Positions 1 to 12,613 are shown, numbered from the whole stretch's first letter. The stretch is 62,968 nt of DNA, filler included, from Octopus bimaculoides (GCF_001194135.2; 6 parts of 4 records of this genome joined end to end with filler, not necessarily neighbours in it); one strand, 5' to 3'. Notes: generated from the sequence alone by a model not told the origin. Numbers and translations are program-made.

Positions 1-45
<45 letters not shown>

Positions 46-719
46 GTGTATTTGTTCGTGTAACTATGTGTCTATACATATATATGTATAGCATTAACAT
101 TACAGACATATGTATATAAAAAATGCACACAATATATGTATATGTGTTTGTTGCTTATGTATGTATCTGTGTGTGTATATATATATATGTAATGTTTTTG
201 GCATTTCATATATATATATATGTTTTTTAATGTATTTATGTTGAAATGTAAATTCATTGTTTTTTTTTTTGTAATTTTTTAATTGGTACAACATTTGAGG
301 GCGTAAACTTGAGAGTATTGCTGCCATATATATATATATCACATCTATCTACTTCTAGGAATCATGTGGAACTATGCACTGCTTGACTATGTGTCCCCCC
401 CCCCCTGTTATGTATGCTTGTCGCTTGTGGGTAGGGATCTAGACTGAAAATTGTTCTCTTAATGATATATAAAAATATGATACTAATTAATATTGTTCTC
501 GATGTCTTGGGACTTTTTGACTAATTAACATAGAAATAATAATAATGTTAATTATTTTGGCACAAGGCCAGTAATTTGGAGAAGGCATCAGATTATTCGG
601 TCAACCTCAGTATGTACTATATTTTATCAGCCCCAAAAAGATGAAAGAGAAACCAATCAAAGTGGAATTTGAACTTGGAGCATTAAAGATGGACGAAATG
701 CTGCTAACCATTTTGCTTG

Positions 720-720
<1 letters not shown>

Positions 721-773
<53 letters not shown>

Positions 774-969
774 TCCTTTCTACTATAGGCACAATGCCTG
801 CAATTTGGGTGAGGGGATAGTCAATTTCATCGACCCCAGTGCATAACTGGTACTTATTTTGATCCCAAAAGGATGAAAGGCAAAGTGAAACTTGGCAGAA
901 TTTGAACTCAGAACATAAAAACAGACGAATACCTTAAGTATTTTGCCCAGTGTGCTAACGATTCTGCCA
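721..969 (-). mobile_element. tRNA-derived SINE (family A) with (TTA)n tail
   Basis: On the - strand: TGGCAGAATCG A-box-like, GAGTTCAAATTC B-box-like, central ctttgcctttcatccttt domain, then the trinucleotide tail. Related copies at ~550-720, 10734-10975 and 48905-49026. Confidence 0.75.
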
Positions 970-1043
970 ATAACAATTTATTCTTTTATTGGCCACAAAG
1001 GCTAATGTAAATTATACATAAAAGACAACACAAGACAAACAAT

Positions 1044-1108
1044 AATGATGATATTAATGATGATATTAATGATGATATTAATGATGATATTAATGATGAT
1101 ATTAATGA
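1044..1108. repeat. 12-bp tandem repeat (aatgatgatatt) x ~5
   Basis: Direct inspection. Confidence 0.85.
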
Positions 1109-1431
1109 TGGCAGTGGATTGCCACAGTCTCATAAAATACCTTGTGGTGTTCATTTTGGCTTTTAAAAATGTTTGAGTTCAAATCCCTCTAAAATCAGCT
1201 TTGCCTTTTGGGCTCAATATTATCTCTGACACCTGATGATGTCATCACATCACTGATTAGCTTAGTTGTTAATTAGGACACAGTCTTAATTGCTATATCA
1301 TCAGTAATAATTCTTTTTGTTTGTTTATCAATAGAAAGGTATTGTTTTATACTTTAGTGTGTTAGCCGGGTAGATAAGGGGTAGATAAGAGTACATAGGT
1401 AGATAGAATCATCATTATCGTTATCATTGTT

Positions 1432-1650
1432 TTACCATCTGCTTTTCATTTCCTTGTTTGCATGGGTTGGATGGGATTCGTTCCCTGGCTGGATGCTCTT
1501 CCTGTCACCAACCCTGATCTGTTTCCAAGTAAACTTAACATTTCCCATTGATAGGAAAGATTGGAAACGAAGGACACCACCTGCATGACAGTGACACTCA
1601 CAACTATCACCCAATGTCATGGCAAGGAGATAGTAACACACACACACACA
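1432..1650 (-). mobile_element. Dispersed SINE-like repeat (family C, ctcttcctgtcaccaacc core)
   Basis: Same core recurs at ~12880-13070 and ~17430-17600, and in the opposite orientation at ~14255-14400 and ~14555-14620. Confidence 0.55.
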
Positions 1651-1912
1651 CACACACATATGCATATACACACGTGTAGTTCCATTATAGGTGGGATCAA
1701 CAAAGCAATAAGAACTCCATCCAGGGAGAAAAAGATATCATTTAATGTGCACAATTTCAAAAACAGATGCAAATAATTTCATGCTTTGCAGATACAATAC
1801 ATGCTTGGCAGATTTATATGACATGCCATCTCGAATGGATGAAACCATTTGTAACCCTTTTGTAAATTGTGTATGTTAAATGAGATGTATATGCATGTGT
1901 GTGTGTGTGTGT

Positions 1913-2167
1913 CAGTGTTTCTCAGCCTTTGTACCTTTGCGTAACCCTTAAAATAAATTGCATGTCTCAAGGAACCCCTGCACAAAAAAAAAATTATATC
2001 CCATATCTTTCTCATTTTTTCATCGTAGTTCACGTGGTAAATATATATTTATAAATATATACTTATATATCATGAAATTAGCACTAGATTATCTCACTCA
2101 TTTTCGCGAAACCCCATGGAACCTTTTGCGGAACCCTGGAGTTCCAGGGAACCCCGGTTAGGAAACG

Positions 2168-2170
<3 letters not shown>
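1913..2170. mobile_element. hAT (Charlie-like) MITE
   Basis: Imperfect terminal inverted repeats cagtgtttctcagcc / ggttaggaaacgctg and internal ggaaccc subterminal motifs. No 8-bp TSD seen (flanked by microsatellites). Confidence 0.55.
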
Positions 2171-2216
<46 letters not shown>

Positions 2217-3307
2217 TGTTGTTGTTGTTGTTATTGGCACCACCTGTGTGTGAGTCTAGTTCATGTGGTGCCTCTGTGATGCTTTAACCTGACATGGTTC
2301 AGAAGGCCAAGTTGGGAATGGAACAGTCTTGGGCACTGATTGCATGGCAGAGTGAGTGGTGGCCCTGGCTGGAGTTGCCAGATCTTGCATTGCCTTTTTA
2401 CTTCTTCAGTCGTGTGTGTATACATACACATACATACATGAGAACTTCTTTTAATTTTGGTCTATGGAATCCTCTCACTTGCATAGGTTGGCCCAAGGCT
2501 ATACCAGAAGAAAGACACTTGCCAAAGTTCCCCTGCAGTGGGACTGAACCCAGAACCATTTGGTTGGGAAGACATAGGGTAGGTAGGGCTGTTTTTGTAG
2601 TCAATTGAATTGACTGTACGTATAGTATAAAGTATGTGCGTATGTACACTGCCATTTACAAGTATGATGTTGGGGTGTCTTGTGGGGTGGAAATTAACTC
2701 CAACACCACCAGTAAATGTTTTTCTTTTTATATTATATTAGTTTTAGTTATTAGACTGGCCATGCTAGAGCACCACACTCAAAGGAACATTTTAGTTGTA
2801 TATTCTCCATTAGGAATTTTATTGAAGTGTTATGTGACAGAACAACACAAACTACAATAATATCAACAGTATTCAAACTGTTACACACACACACACACAG
2901 AGTCTCTCTCTCACACACAAGCGTAGTGTTGTGATGACTTGAATATAAAAGCATTTTGATACAATAACCAGCTGATAACATTAAGCAGAAGATAACAGTA
3001 TCTAAAGCTTTTGATTATATTAACTGGGTAATTTTTATTTTGAAAAAAGTATTTTGGACCCACACATTTTGATAACAATAACTGATAACATTTGTGATTA
3101 TAATAAGTGCTTTACTATATATACCATATCCATGTTTCGGCAAGCCAGATGCTGTTACACAAACCGATTGGGCACGCTTCCTTGGTATTAGCAATACACT
3201 TTTAAATTACTTACGCATGCACACACACACACACACACACCTATATACACTGCCACCACCACCAGCAGCTACTAGGCACAAAGCCAGCACTTTTCAAGTG
3301 TGGGAGT

Positions 3308-3517
3308 TAATTTATTTGTTTCAGTCATTTGATTGTGGCCATGCTTGAGCACTGCCTTTAGTCGAACAAATCGACCCCAGGATTTATTTTTTTGTAAGCC
3401 TAGTATCCCCCATAACTGCTAAGTTATGGGGGACATAAACACACCAACATTGGTTGTCAAGCGATGGTGAGGGGAGGAGACAAACACAGGCATGCAAATA
3501 CATGCATACATACACAC

Positions 3518-3559
<42 letters not shown>

Positions 3560-3655
3560 GATGGGCTTCTTCCAGTTTCCGTCTACTAAATCCACTCACA
3601 AGGCCTGAGACAGTTGGACTGTACCTGGAACCATGTGGTTGGGAAGCAAGCATCA
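3308..3655 (-). mobile_element. Long tRNA-derived SINE (family B), internally deleted copy
   Basis: Reverse-complement match to the 27134-27540 element, including the central (TA)n tract. Confidence 0.75.
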
Positions 3656-3788
3656 TATTTATATTTGTTTTTATTTGTTTATTATACATTTTTATTTATT
3701 TCATTTATGTATTTATATTTGTTTGTTATATATTTTTGTTTTATTTATTATATATTTAATTTTGTTCTTTTTTATTTTTGTGTTTCAG

Positions 3789-5705
3789 TTTGGAGACGTG
3801 GGCGCTGTGAAGAAGGATGAGATAGCCACAGACCTCTTACAGACGGACAGCATTGTCAAAGACATCAAAACTGTCTACTCGGAAGGAATAATGAAGTCTG
3901 TGAACGGGGACAATGGTTTAGCAGACTTTGATAGAAACCAACTTTCGTTTCCAACCAACTTGTGCTCAGTGGCGCCAAACAATGATCCTATCAACAGATT
4001 GCAGGTTGTCGACAATATGTATTTCCCCAATTATCACAGAGACAACACTGGAATGACCAATTATCATCGAGACAATAGCAACATTAGAATGGCAAATTCT
4101 CATTGGGATAGCAGCAACATCGGAATGGCAAATTACATGGAAAACAGCACCCTTGGTATGGTTAATTCTCATATGGAGAGCAGGAATTTTGGAATGGTCA
4201 ATTCTCACAGGGAAAACAGTAATTTTGGATTGGCCAATTCTCATAGGGAGAACAGTAATTTTGGAATGGTTAGCTCACATATGGAGAACAACAATTATGG
4301 AATGGTGAATTCACACATGGAGAACAGGAACTTTGGAATGGTTAGTTCTCATATGGATAACAGTAATTATGGAATGGTCAATTCTCACATGGAGAACAGT
4401 AATTATGGACTGGTCAATTCTCATAGAGAGAACAACTTTGGAATGGTTAATTCTCATCTGGAGAATAGGAACTATGGAATGGTCAATCCTCATATGGAGA
4501 ACAGTGCATACAGAATGACCAATCCTCATATGGAAAGCAGCAACTTTGGAATGGTCAATCCTCACATGGAGAGAAGCACCATTGGCATGGCTAATTCTCA
4601 TATGGACAGCAGCAGTATTGGAATGGCTAATACTCATATGGAGAGAAATGATATTGGAATGGGAAGTTCCCATATGGAGAGGAATGACATTGGAATGACC
4701 AGTTCTCATATGGATGGTAGCAATATTGGAATGGCCAATTCTGAGACAGAGAGTAGTTCCATTATTGGTTTGGCCAATTCTCATCTCGAAAGCAGTATTG
4801 GAATGGTTAATTCTAATGTAGAGAGCAGCGGTCTAGGAATGGCCAATTGTCATTCTGAGAGGAGCACAATTGAAGAGGCCAGTTCCGATATGGAGAGGAA
4901 CGATATTGGATTGGCCAGTTCTCATATAGAGAGGAGCGATATTGGAATGGTTAACGCTGATGTAGAGGACAGCACAGTTGGAATGACCAGTTCTCCTGTG
5001 GGGAGTAGTGACAGTGAAATGACCGGTTCTGAGAAACAGAGCAACAGTGGAACTGGAATGGTTGCCACAGGATCTTTCTCTCCTCTCAGTGCTGTGGCCC
5101 TCACTACTACTACTACTGCTACTACTACCACCACTGCCACAACCACCATTACCACCACCGCCACCACCACTCCCATCATCACTTCCACCACTCCCATCAT
5201 CACTTCCACCACCACCATCACCACTGCCCCCACCATCACCTCTACCCCCACTACTACTATGACAGCTGTCACTTTCTCTGGTGCTGTTTCAACTGAACCA
5301 GTCTTTAACAGCAGCAGCAGCCCTAGCTACATCAACATCAGCTTTAACTGCACCAATACCACCACCATCAACACAGGTAGTAGCTGCACTGCCACCACCA
5401 CCACCACAACCGCTAGCTGCCCCACCACCACCACCACCACCACCACCGGCCCCATCGACAAAGACAGCAGTAACATCATCAGCATTGATAGCAACACCTG
5501 CAACAACGATGACAGCGACTGCAACAACCAAGGCCTAGACCCTCCAATTGCGACCATTGCTGCGGTTTACTCAGGGGATGTTGTTACAGAGGTTGTTAGA
5601 GATGCTCTGTTCTCTCCGATAACTTTCGCTGGAGACACATGCAACAGCAGTGGTGATGTGACCAACTGCAGCAATAATGCAGGTAACAACAGCAGCAACA
5701 GCAGC

Positions 5706-5736
<31 letters not shown>

Positions 5737-6347
5737 ACACTGGTGGCAACGGTTATCCCCAAATCAGCGATATAGGCCTTTATGATAACAGCAATGCTGA
5801 CGAGAAGGGGGTGGAGGGAGTTGGCGAGGGCAGTGACCAACCCCGCTTGCTGTCGTGTACGCCGCCCCCTATTTTGACATGCGTTGAGAACATGAAAATG
5901 CCTGCTGCCACAGCAAGTCCTCCACCGTCTTCTCCACCAGAGCCTTTGTTCACCGTTCTTAAGAGCAGCCAAGAGAGCATGAAACCCCCTTCCCCAAAAC
6001 CCGCGTCCCCGAGCCCTGCACCTGTGGTGCTACCCTCACAGACTTTCATCACGAGTTTCCTTACTAAAATGACTGACACAAAGACACAAGGTCCCAGCAG
6101 TAGTGGTGGTGGTGGTGGTGATAATGAAAACGATGATGGTGGTGATGGTGGTGGTGATGGTGATAGCTCACCGGTGGGAGACCTTGAATGTCCTGCTGCT
6201 GTTTCCAACACCTTGACACAACCGGAGGAAGACTTTGGAGACGACAGTGCTCTTGTTATTTGTGTTTCTGATTCTGGAGTAGAGGGCAGCAGCAGCAGCA
6301 CCACCACCACCACCACCACCACCACCGCCAGTAGCAGTAGTAGCAGC

Positions 6348-6393
<46 letters not shown>

Positions 6394-6597
6394 ATAATGA
6401 TGATAATAATTCTCTCCTTATTGCCACAAAGGCAACAGATGAGAAGACATCACAGAAACAGAACGACACCGACACCACCACCACCACCAACAACAACAAC
6501 AGTGTCAGCAACAAAGCTAAAGGCATCAACAGCAACCACAGCATTGCCAAAAGCAGCAAATGTAAAACTAAAATTAAAACCAATGATAATAATGATG

Positions 6598-6630
<33 letters not shown>

Positions 6631-7973
6631 GCAGCAGCAGGAAAAGTGTTATGACTAGTCTGAAGGATGGTGCCAGTAATGATAAAGAAAGTGCGAGGAA
6701 GAACGAATTAGAAAGTCTGTTTGTATCTTCTCCATTACTAGCCTCTTCATTATCATCCAAACCACTGTCATTGCAACACCAGCCTACCCCACCACTACCG
6801 CCAGCTCTCCCGCTCCTTCTCGTTCCCCAACCAACACAACCCTTGGATGTTATTGCATCAGAAGGGAAACGTGAGGAGACGCTGGTTACCGAAACCAAGG
6901 TCAGTCAACAGACTTCAAGAACTTCCCCTGTTTTTAGTGCCCTTGCTAACTGCCCCACCAACCTACAGAAGCATGACACTAGTCTCACTGAGAAACAAGC
7001 TCTCTCTGCTCCACCTCCTCCTCCTCCTCCTGTTGCTGTTTCATCTTCCTACAGTCCGTTACACATTTTACCTGAGGTCTCCACCTCTGACACACGTTCC
7101 TCCCCTCCTACAACGCCACCATCTTTAACTCCTGCTTTTCAGCTCCCTTCCTCAGGATTACTGCCGGCTCCAGTAGATCAGGTGAGCAAGCCGACCCCAA
7201 AAGCCCGGAAATCAGGTACCCCAGCTAACCAATCAAACCATTATGTAAAGACTGTCAACCTTGCCCCGATTGCCAATATCAGAATTAAGTTACCTGTGAT
7301 TGAAAATTCTTACAATTCCTCACCAAAATCTCCCCCCGCAAGCCCCTTAAAGATCAGCAAAGTGAATTCCTCGAAATTTGATTTCCCTGATAAGGACGAA
7401 CCCCTTTCCCTGTCTGACTCGGAAAACAGTCGATCTAAGAGCATCCGTCCTCGGAAAAGACGGTGGGGTACATACGATCTCCCTAACAAAAAACGGAAAA
7501 AAATTTTTAAACGTAACAATGAAAATTCTGGTCAGGACGACATGGACGATGACGATGACGATGATGAAGATGATGATGATGATGTTGTCTCGCGAGATGG
7601 TGAAGATTTGCCAGAGAAAACCCCTTCTTTAGAGCCAGTCGAGTGTGATACCAAAAAGACAATTAACACTGCAAGTCCTGTAATAAAAAACTCATCCACT
7701 ATTTTGGAACTGTTGACTAAAAAGAGTCACACGGTGGCCACCGCTAAAGAAGAGAATTCTGGCCCAATCATGCCACATTTGCGGCGAAGTAGGGTGCCGT
7801 CTCAGCACAGAAGATCTTCGACAAAAAGTGGCCATACTGGCAAGACTGTTGCAGAACTTCTTCGAGAAAGCCAGGCCAAACAACTGGCTGCTAAAGAATT
7901 TCACAACACCACAGCAGCACATCAATCGGCGCCTTATCTACTCAAAGAAGCAGACAGAGTTATAGATATTACG
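3789..7973 (+). CDS. EHMT1: Giant internal coding exon (4,185 nt, 1,395 codons, phase 0-0) of the EHMT/G9a-GLP-family gene; low-complexity N-terminal region
   Basis: Uninterrupted ORF. Pyrimidine-rich acceptor tgtttcag|TTT at 3788/3789 and donor ACG|gtaagt at 7973/7974, both in the ORF frame. Assigned to EHMT only through the phase-compatible splice chain to the 18846 exon. Contains a basic NLS-like stretch RPRKRRW..KKRKKIFKR (7446-7514). Confidence 0.8.
4050..5060 (+). repeat. Coding 36-bp/12-aa tandem repeat (~28 units, consensus GMVNSHMENSNY/I)
   Basis: Read directly from the translation; units degenerate toward the 3' end. Confidence 0.9.
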
Positions 7974-8144
7974 GTAAGTTCCTTTTTGCTATTCTATTTA
8001 CAAAGAAGTTGTTAATCCTTTATGCAAAATGCATGGAAATGGAATTGTTTCAGCGTTTGGAAGGATTGTTTGTGTCTACAAAATGGGGCAACTTAAGACG
8101 TGCGACCAAAATCTAAACATGTTATTCATTTAGATTTTGTAATA

Positions 8145-8245
8145 GGTGCAGAAGTTTACTTCCCACACACACAGTTTTGGGTTCAAGTCCAACTGTGTGG
8201 CACCTTGAGCAAGTATCTTATACTATAGCTCTGGGCTGCCCAGTC
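8145..8245 (+). mobile_element. Family B SINE head fragment
   Basis: gggttcaagtccaactgtgtggcaccttgagcaagt matches the head of 27134-27540. Other head fragments at ~2465-2572 (-), ~10030-10175 (-) and ~14044-14220 (+). Confidence 0.6.
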
Positions 8246-8249
8246 AACA

Positions 8250-8457
8250 CTCCGATCATAAATAACACTGTTTTTCTTTCGATCAATTTAAAAATTAATG
8301 AAGTTTATAGTAAAATAACTTTGTTGATATTAAGCTGATGTTTGGGACATAAATTGAGTTGGAATTTTAATGGTAAGTTTTAATTTAGATAAATTTAAAG
8401 CAGTTTATACGATAGACCTAAGGGCAATCTTAGGTGGGTTGGTATGAAAAGGGTTAA
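8250..8457. mobile_element. piggyBac-like MITE fragment (ends ...aaaaggg TTAA)
   Basis: Recognisable reverse-complement homology to 15740-15960; terminal GGG-TTAA. Confidence 0.5.
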
Positions 8458-9360
8458 ATGATGATGAATATGGTTATTGGTGGATCTGTATTGTTTGGCA
8501 ATGAGGAGGATTCAGTTGTTGAATCAACAGTTACCTGTCCCTGAAGTGTGTGTGGGGTGGGTGAAGTTAGGGGGGAGGGTCCTTATTTAAGGCTTGTCCA
8601 CCTAGAAGCAAATAGTCAATAGCTCCCCCCCCTCACTCCAGTTTAAACTTTAACCTCGTCATTGACCTTTCATATCTCCACTTTGTTTCCACTGACAACA
8701 AAAAACCACAACCATGTCACATCATAAATATGTATAATGGAGGACAGTGGTGGTTACCCCTCCCCCACCGTCCACCCTTCTCTTTGCACTTTGACTGACC
8801 TACACCTCTCTCTGCTCATGCTCACTCTGACCTTTCCCCACCACCCTCTACCCACACATCCACATTCAGCCCTACCACCTCCTCCTACTTCACCTCTTAC
8901 CTCACTTCCTGTCTCACCCCTTATATCATGTCCTCCTCCTCACTTCCTCCTACCCACAATTCCTTACCCAGAGTCCATAGATTACAGCTGAGACAACTCT
9001 CCTCTAGACATGGCAGGGATGGTATTTCTTCCAAATCTTTCTCTGTCATCACACACACAAGTAAGCACATTGGTGCAAAATAAAGTGGAAAGAAAAAAAA
9101 AAAAAATAATACTGGAATACCAAAGGTAGAGTAAAGTACTATTTTATTAAAACTGAAAAAAATCTTCACAAACTGGGTGCTGCTACAAGTTTCACATCAC
9201 TCATCAGACAATTATGTTAAGCAGTGACATGAAACTCACCACTAACAACACACTTTGTGAGGATTGTTTCAGCTTCAATAAAATAATATATATAAGGCTG
9301 TATATATATATTGACATACATGTATGTTCATATTAATGTGTGTGTGTGTGTGTATATATA

Positions 9361-9570
9361 TACAGTAGTCCCTCACCATATTGTGGTTCACCTGTCGCCT
9401 TTTCTTATTTAAGCTTACATCGATTCCTCTGTGGGGGTGTTTTCCATTGTATAATAAAATATATACAAATTATGAGAATAATAAAAAAAAATATACAGTA
9501 CAGTATTGTTTCTACTTTGCGGATTTTCACCTATCGGGAGGCGGGGTTTGGACTGAAGGGGTTTCTGTTT
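9361..9570. mobile_element. Tc1/mariner (Tigger-like) MITE remnant
   Basis: Begins ta-CAGTAGTCCCTC; internal gcggattttcacctatcg subterminal motif; right end decayed. Confidence 0.45.
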
Positions 9571-9632
9571 ATACAAATGGAATGTTGTAATAAATATAAG
9601 GTTTAATCTACATGATTTCTTTTTCTTTCCAG

Positions 9633-9657
9633 CATAAAATGGATGACTGTGGGAAAG
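9633..9657 (+). CDS. EHMT1: 25-nt micro-exon (HKMDDCGK+G, phase 0 to 1)
   Basis: Strong acceptor tttctttttctttccag| and donor AAG|gtaagt. Its phase bridges the phase-0 end of the giant exon to the phase-1 start of the 12338 exon. Confidence 0.65.
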
Positions 9658-10732
9658 GTAAGTTTGACTTATACACTCGCACATACACACACCTGTTATA
9701 TACACTGTTTTACCTCTTTATACATCCTCGCTCACCATCTACATAGTATAACAAGATGTCTATATATTTTTATCTTTGTACATTTCTTTGTTTAATATTA
9801 ATTTTTGTGTGCTTATGTAAGTTAGAAGGGGATCTTAATTTGATCCACTTCCTGTTGCCAATCCTTGTCTTTCAAGCAAGACATTTAAAAAAATATTTCA
9901 TGAGTTTTCAAAAGCCCAGACTGACTGGTTATTAACATTACCATTATTTTGCTCAGAGAAACCATGGGAAACCATGAAATATCAACATTATCATTCACAG
10001 ACACACACACACACACACACACAGTATGCTTCCAAAGAGTTTCTGTCTACCACTTCATTCGCAGAGCAGTATTCAACCTGGTGCATTGTAGAGGACATTT
10101 GCCCAAGGTATCATGCAGCGAGATTGAACCTGAAATGATGTGGCTGGGAAGCACATTTCTTAACCACTTAGCCATGGGTCGTGTTGCCATAGGGAAATAT
10201 AATCTTACTTGGCAATGCAGGATGATTGGCAACCAGAAAGGCACCAGGCTGTAGGAATTCTTACCTCAATGAATTCTGTCTGATCCATACAAGAAGAGGA
10301 AAATGGGAAGTTGAAGCAATGATGATGAAGTTGTTGATGAAAGATACAGGAAGAACAATTGAGCATATCCCTTGGTGGCTGGCGATATGTGCATCTCGTA
10401 TCACGAGCAGAAGTAGTGGAGGAGCATCATAGCCATGTGTTGAGAGGAATTCTTTGGGGTTTGGATAATTCACCTTTGGAAACATGGGTGTTCTGTTCAT
10501 CATCCTTAAACAAACTTTTTGAGCAGCATGGGTTACACAACCTGAAGAAAATTCTATCTGGGCCCACACTTGCAAGGTCATGCCCTCTTTATCTTGATAT
10601 GAGATCACCATGTTGCACACATACGGTTGTGATGCATGTGCCTGGTGTACCCTTATCAGATGGGTAGTCATAACGGGGATACTGGGCTTTGTATAAATAT
10701 ACTTCAATGGTGTGTGCTGCTCTCTCATGCAA

Positions 10733-10733
<1 letters not shown>

Positions 10734-10789
<56 letters not shown>

Positions 10790-10975
10790 CTTTCTAACTT
10801 TGGCACCAAGCCTGCAATTTTGAGGGGAAGAGGCAAATCAACTACATTGATGTTAGTACTACTTTATGTTATCCTTATTTCATGGTGAGATGAAAAATAG
10901 TTTGGCCTGTCAGCATTTGAACTCAGAACGTAAAGTTAGAAGCAATGTTGCTAAGCAGTGCAAGTAATTCTGCCA
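10734..10975 (-). mobile_element. Family A SINE, degenerate, with long (TAA)n
   Basis: Homologous to 721-969. Confidence 0.65.
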
Positions 10976-11658
10976 ACGGAAGCATCTCTGGTTTTAGTGA
11001 TGTGTGTGTTTGTGTGTATGCTTATGTCATTGTTAGGTATGTGGCTTGTGTATATATGTGTATACTGCTAGAGTTTAGTGACATGTTTTATGTGATGTGT
11101 GTATGTGTGTGTGTGTGTGTGTAAGAAAGATATATTTAGAGTGTGTGTTTCTCTGTTCTTGATCTCCGCTGTATCTTAGCCATGATTCTTCCCAACCTGC
11201 CTTTCCATAGAATCTTCTCAATCGACACTGCACCTCACCTCTGCAATTCTTTATTCCACAGAGAACAGTGGCAGCAAATTACCTGAGTTAAAAAAAAGTA
11301 AGTTACTGCGTTTGGTCCTTTGTTAGAGTTGGATTGGTTGTGGAGAGGTAGAGTTAACTGTCTTGATTAAGGAAACTTCAACTCTGTGTGTGTGCATGTA
11401 CACATACACACATTATCGTTCTCTCTCTCTCTCTCCTCCTCTCACTCTTGGTGGAGTCTCCTGTCTTAAATGGCTGATGAGGGGTCTGCAACTTCTTGCT
11501 GAATGACCTGCCCAAATGATTTGTTTATAGGGATCAAATGTTTGTGCTGTGCATTGACTTCCTGCATGAAGCTGACATGACCCGTACAGGTGGCACAGTG
11601 TGCCACACGTCATGTCAAAGTGATCACAGAGCAATGTGGAAATGAAGTGTTTGCTTAA

Positions 11659-11877
11659 CCCTTTAGCTTTTAAACTGGCCATATCCAGCCCAATTGTTCT
11701 ACCTGTTTTATGTTCAAACCAACCAGATTCAGCCTCTCACACCTACCCTACAATGTCACTAGAAGCAAACAATCACATCATTGAAATCTTAAAGCTACGA
11801 GATAATCCAGGATTAATTCAAGACAATGTAAATAAATAAGTATTGCACTTGACACAAGTAATCTGAATGCTGAAGGG
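11659..11877. mobile_element. piggyBac-like MITE with TTAA target-site duplication
   Basis: TTAA|CCCTTTAGC ... GCTGAAGGG|TTAA. Confidence 0.75.
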
Positions 11878-12337
11878 TTAAAAACACACACATCTCCTGG
11901 TCCCGTAATCAAAGCCTTAATGTTGTGACCCTGTGTGCAGCACCCTAGCCACTAAGTCATACACCTTCGCTTTAGAGACAGGTCAGGGTCAAATCCCTGG
12001 AGAGCTTCACAGACATATTTGCTGTGATGGTCTGAACCATGTTCTGTCCAAATCGTGCCCCACCAGCCATTCCATCAACGATCTAGAGAATGTCTTCAGT
12101 TCTTAAGACTCCCGTTTGGTTTAAGATTATCTACAAGCACTGCTTCACAAATGTGTTTGCTATGATGTGATTATTCTCCATTCCATCACATTCAGCCCTG
12201 GCTGTTCCACCAGCCAGATGTCTCCAGTTCTTAGACTTGTGGTTTTCGGTTTTAAATTCTTCTAGAGATCCTTCTATTCATGTTGTTGGTTTTTTTTTTT
12301 TGTTTTTAAAAAATGGTTTCCATTCTTTTGTTTCCAG

Positions 12338-12408
12338 GTTTACAGAATATTTCACCAAAAACTGTGGTTTTGGGATCAAAATCAAACACTGTTAAAAATT
12401 CAACAAAG
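12338..12408 (+). CDS. EHMT1: 71-nt coding exon (G/LQNISPKTVVLGSKSNTVKNSTK, phase 1 to 0)
   Basis: Acceptor cattcttttgtttccag| and donor AAG|gttagt; open in the frame required by the flanking exons. Confidence 0.65.
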
Positions 12409-12554
12409 GTTAGTATCCTTGTTGTTGCCATTTAGAAATCTCTCTCTCTCTCTCCTCTCTTTCTCTCTTCTTTGCATGTGTTTCTCTCTCTCTGTCTGTC
12501 TCTCTCTCCTCCTCTGTCCATCTCTGTTTTTCTCTGTCTCTCCTCCTCTGGTCA

Positions 12555-12613
<59 letters not shown>

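Noticed and set aside
3633-3788. Listed start of the 1,460-aa ORF (MWLGSK...FFFIFVFQ)
   Set aside because: It begins inside a SINE and runs through an AT-rich polypyrimidine tract; a strong acceptor at 3788 marks the real exon start. The tail 7974-8015 is likewise intron read-through.
5780-6898. 372-aa antisense ORF and other ORFs overlapping the giant exon
   Set aside because: Shadow ORFs of codon repeats (poly-L/V); no independent splice or domain evidence.
8737-8991. 84-aa Pro/Leu/His-rich ORF in the EHMT intron
   Set aside because: C/T-rich low-complexity sequence without convincing splice sites.
9571-9606. MECCNK resembling the expected next EHMT segment
   Set aside because: It lies upstream of the Cys-rich exon, at the end of a MITE remnant, has no acceptor and hits a stop immediately; coincidence.
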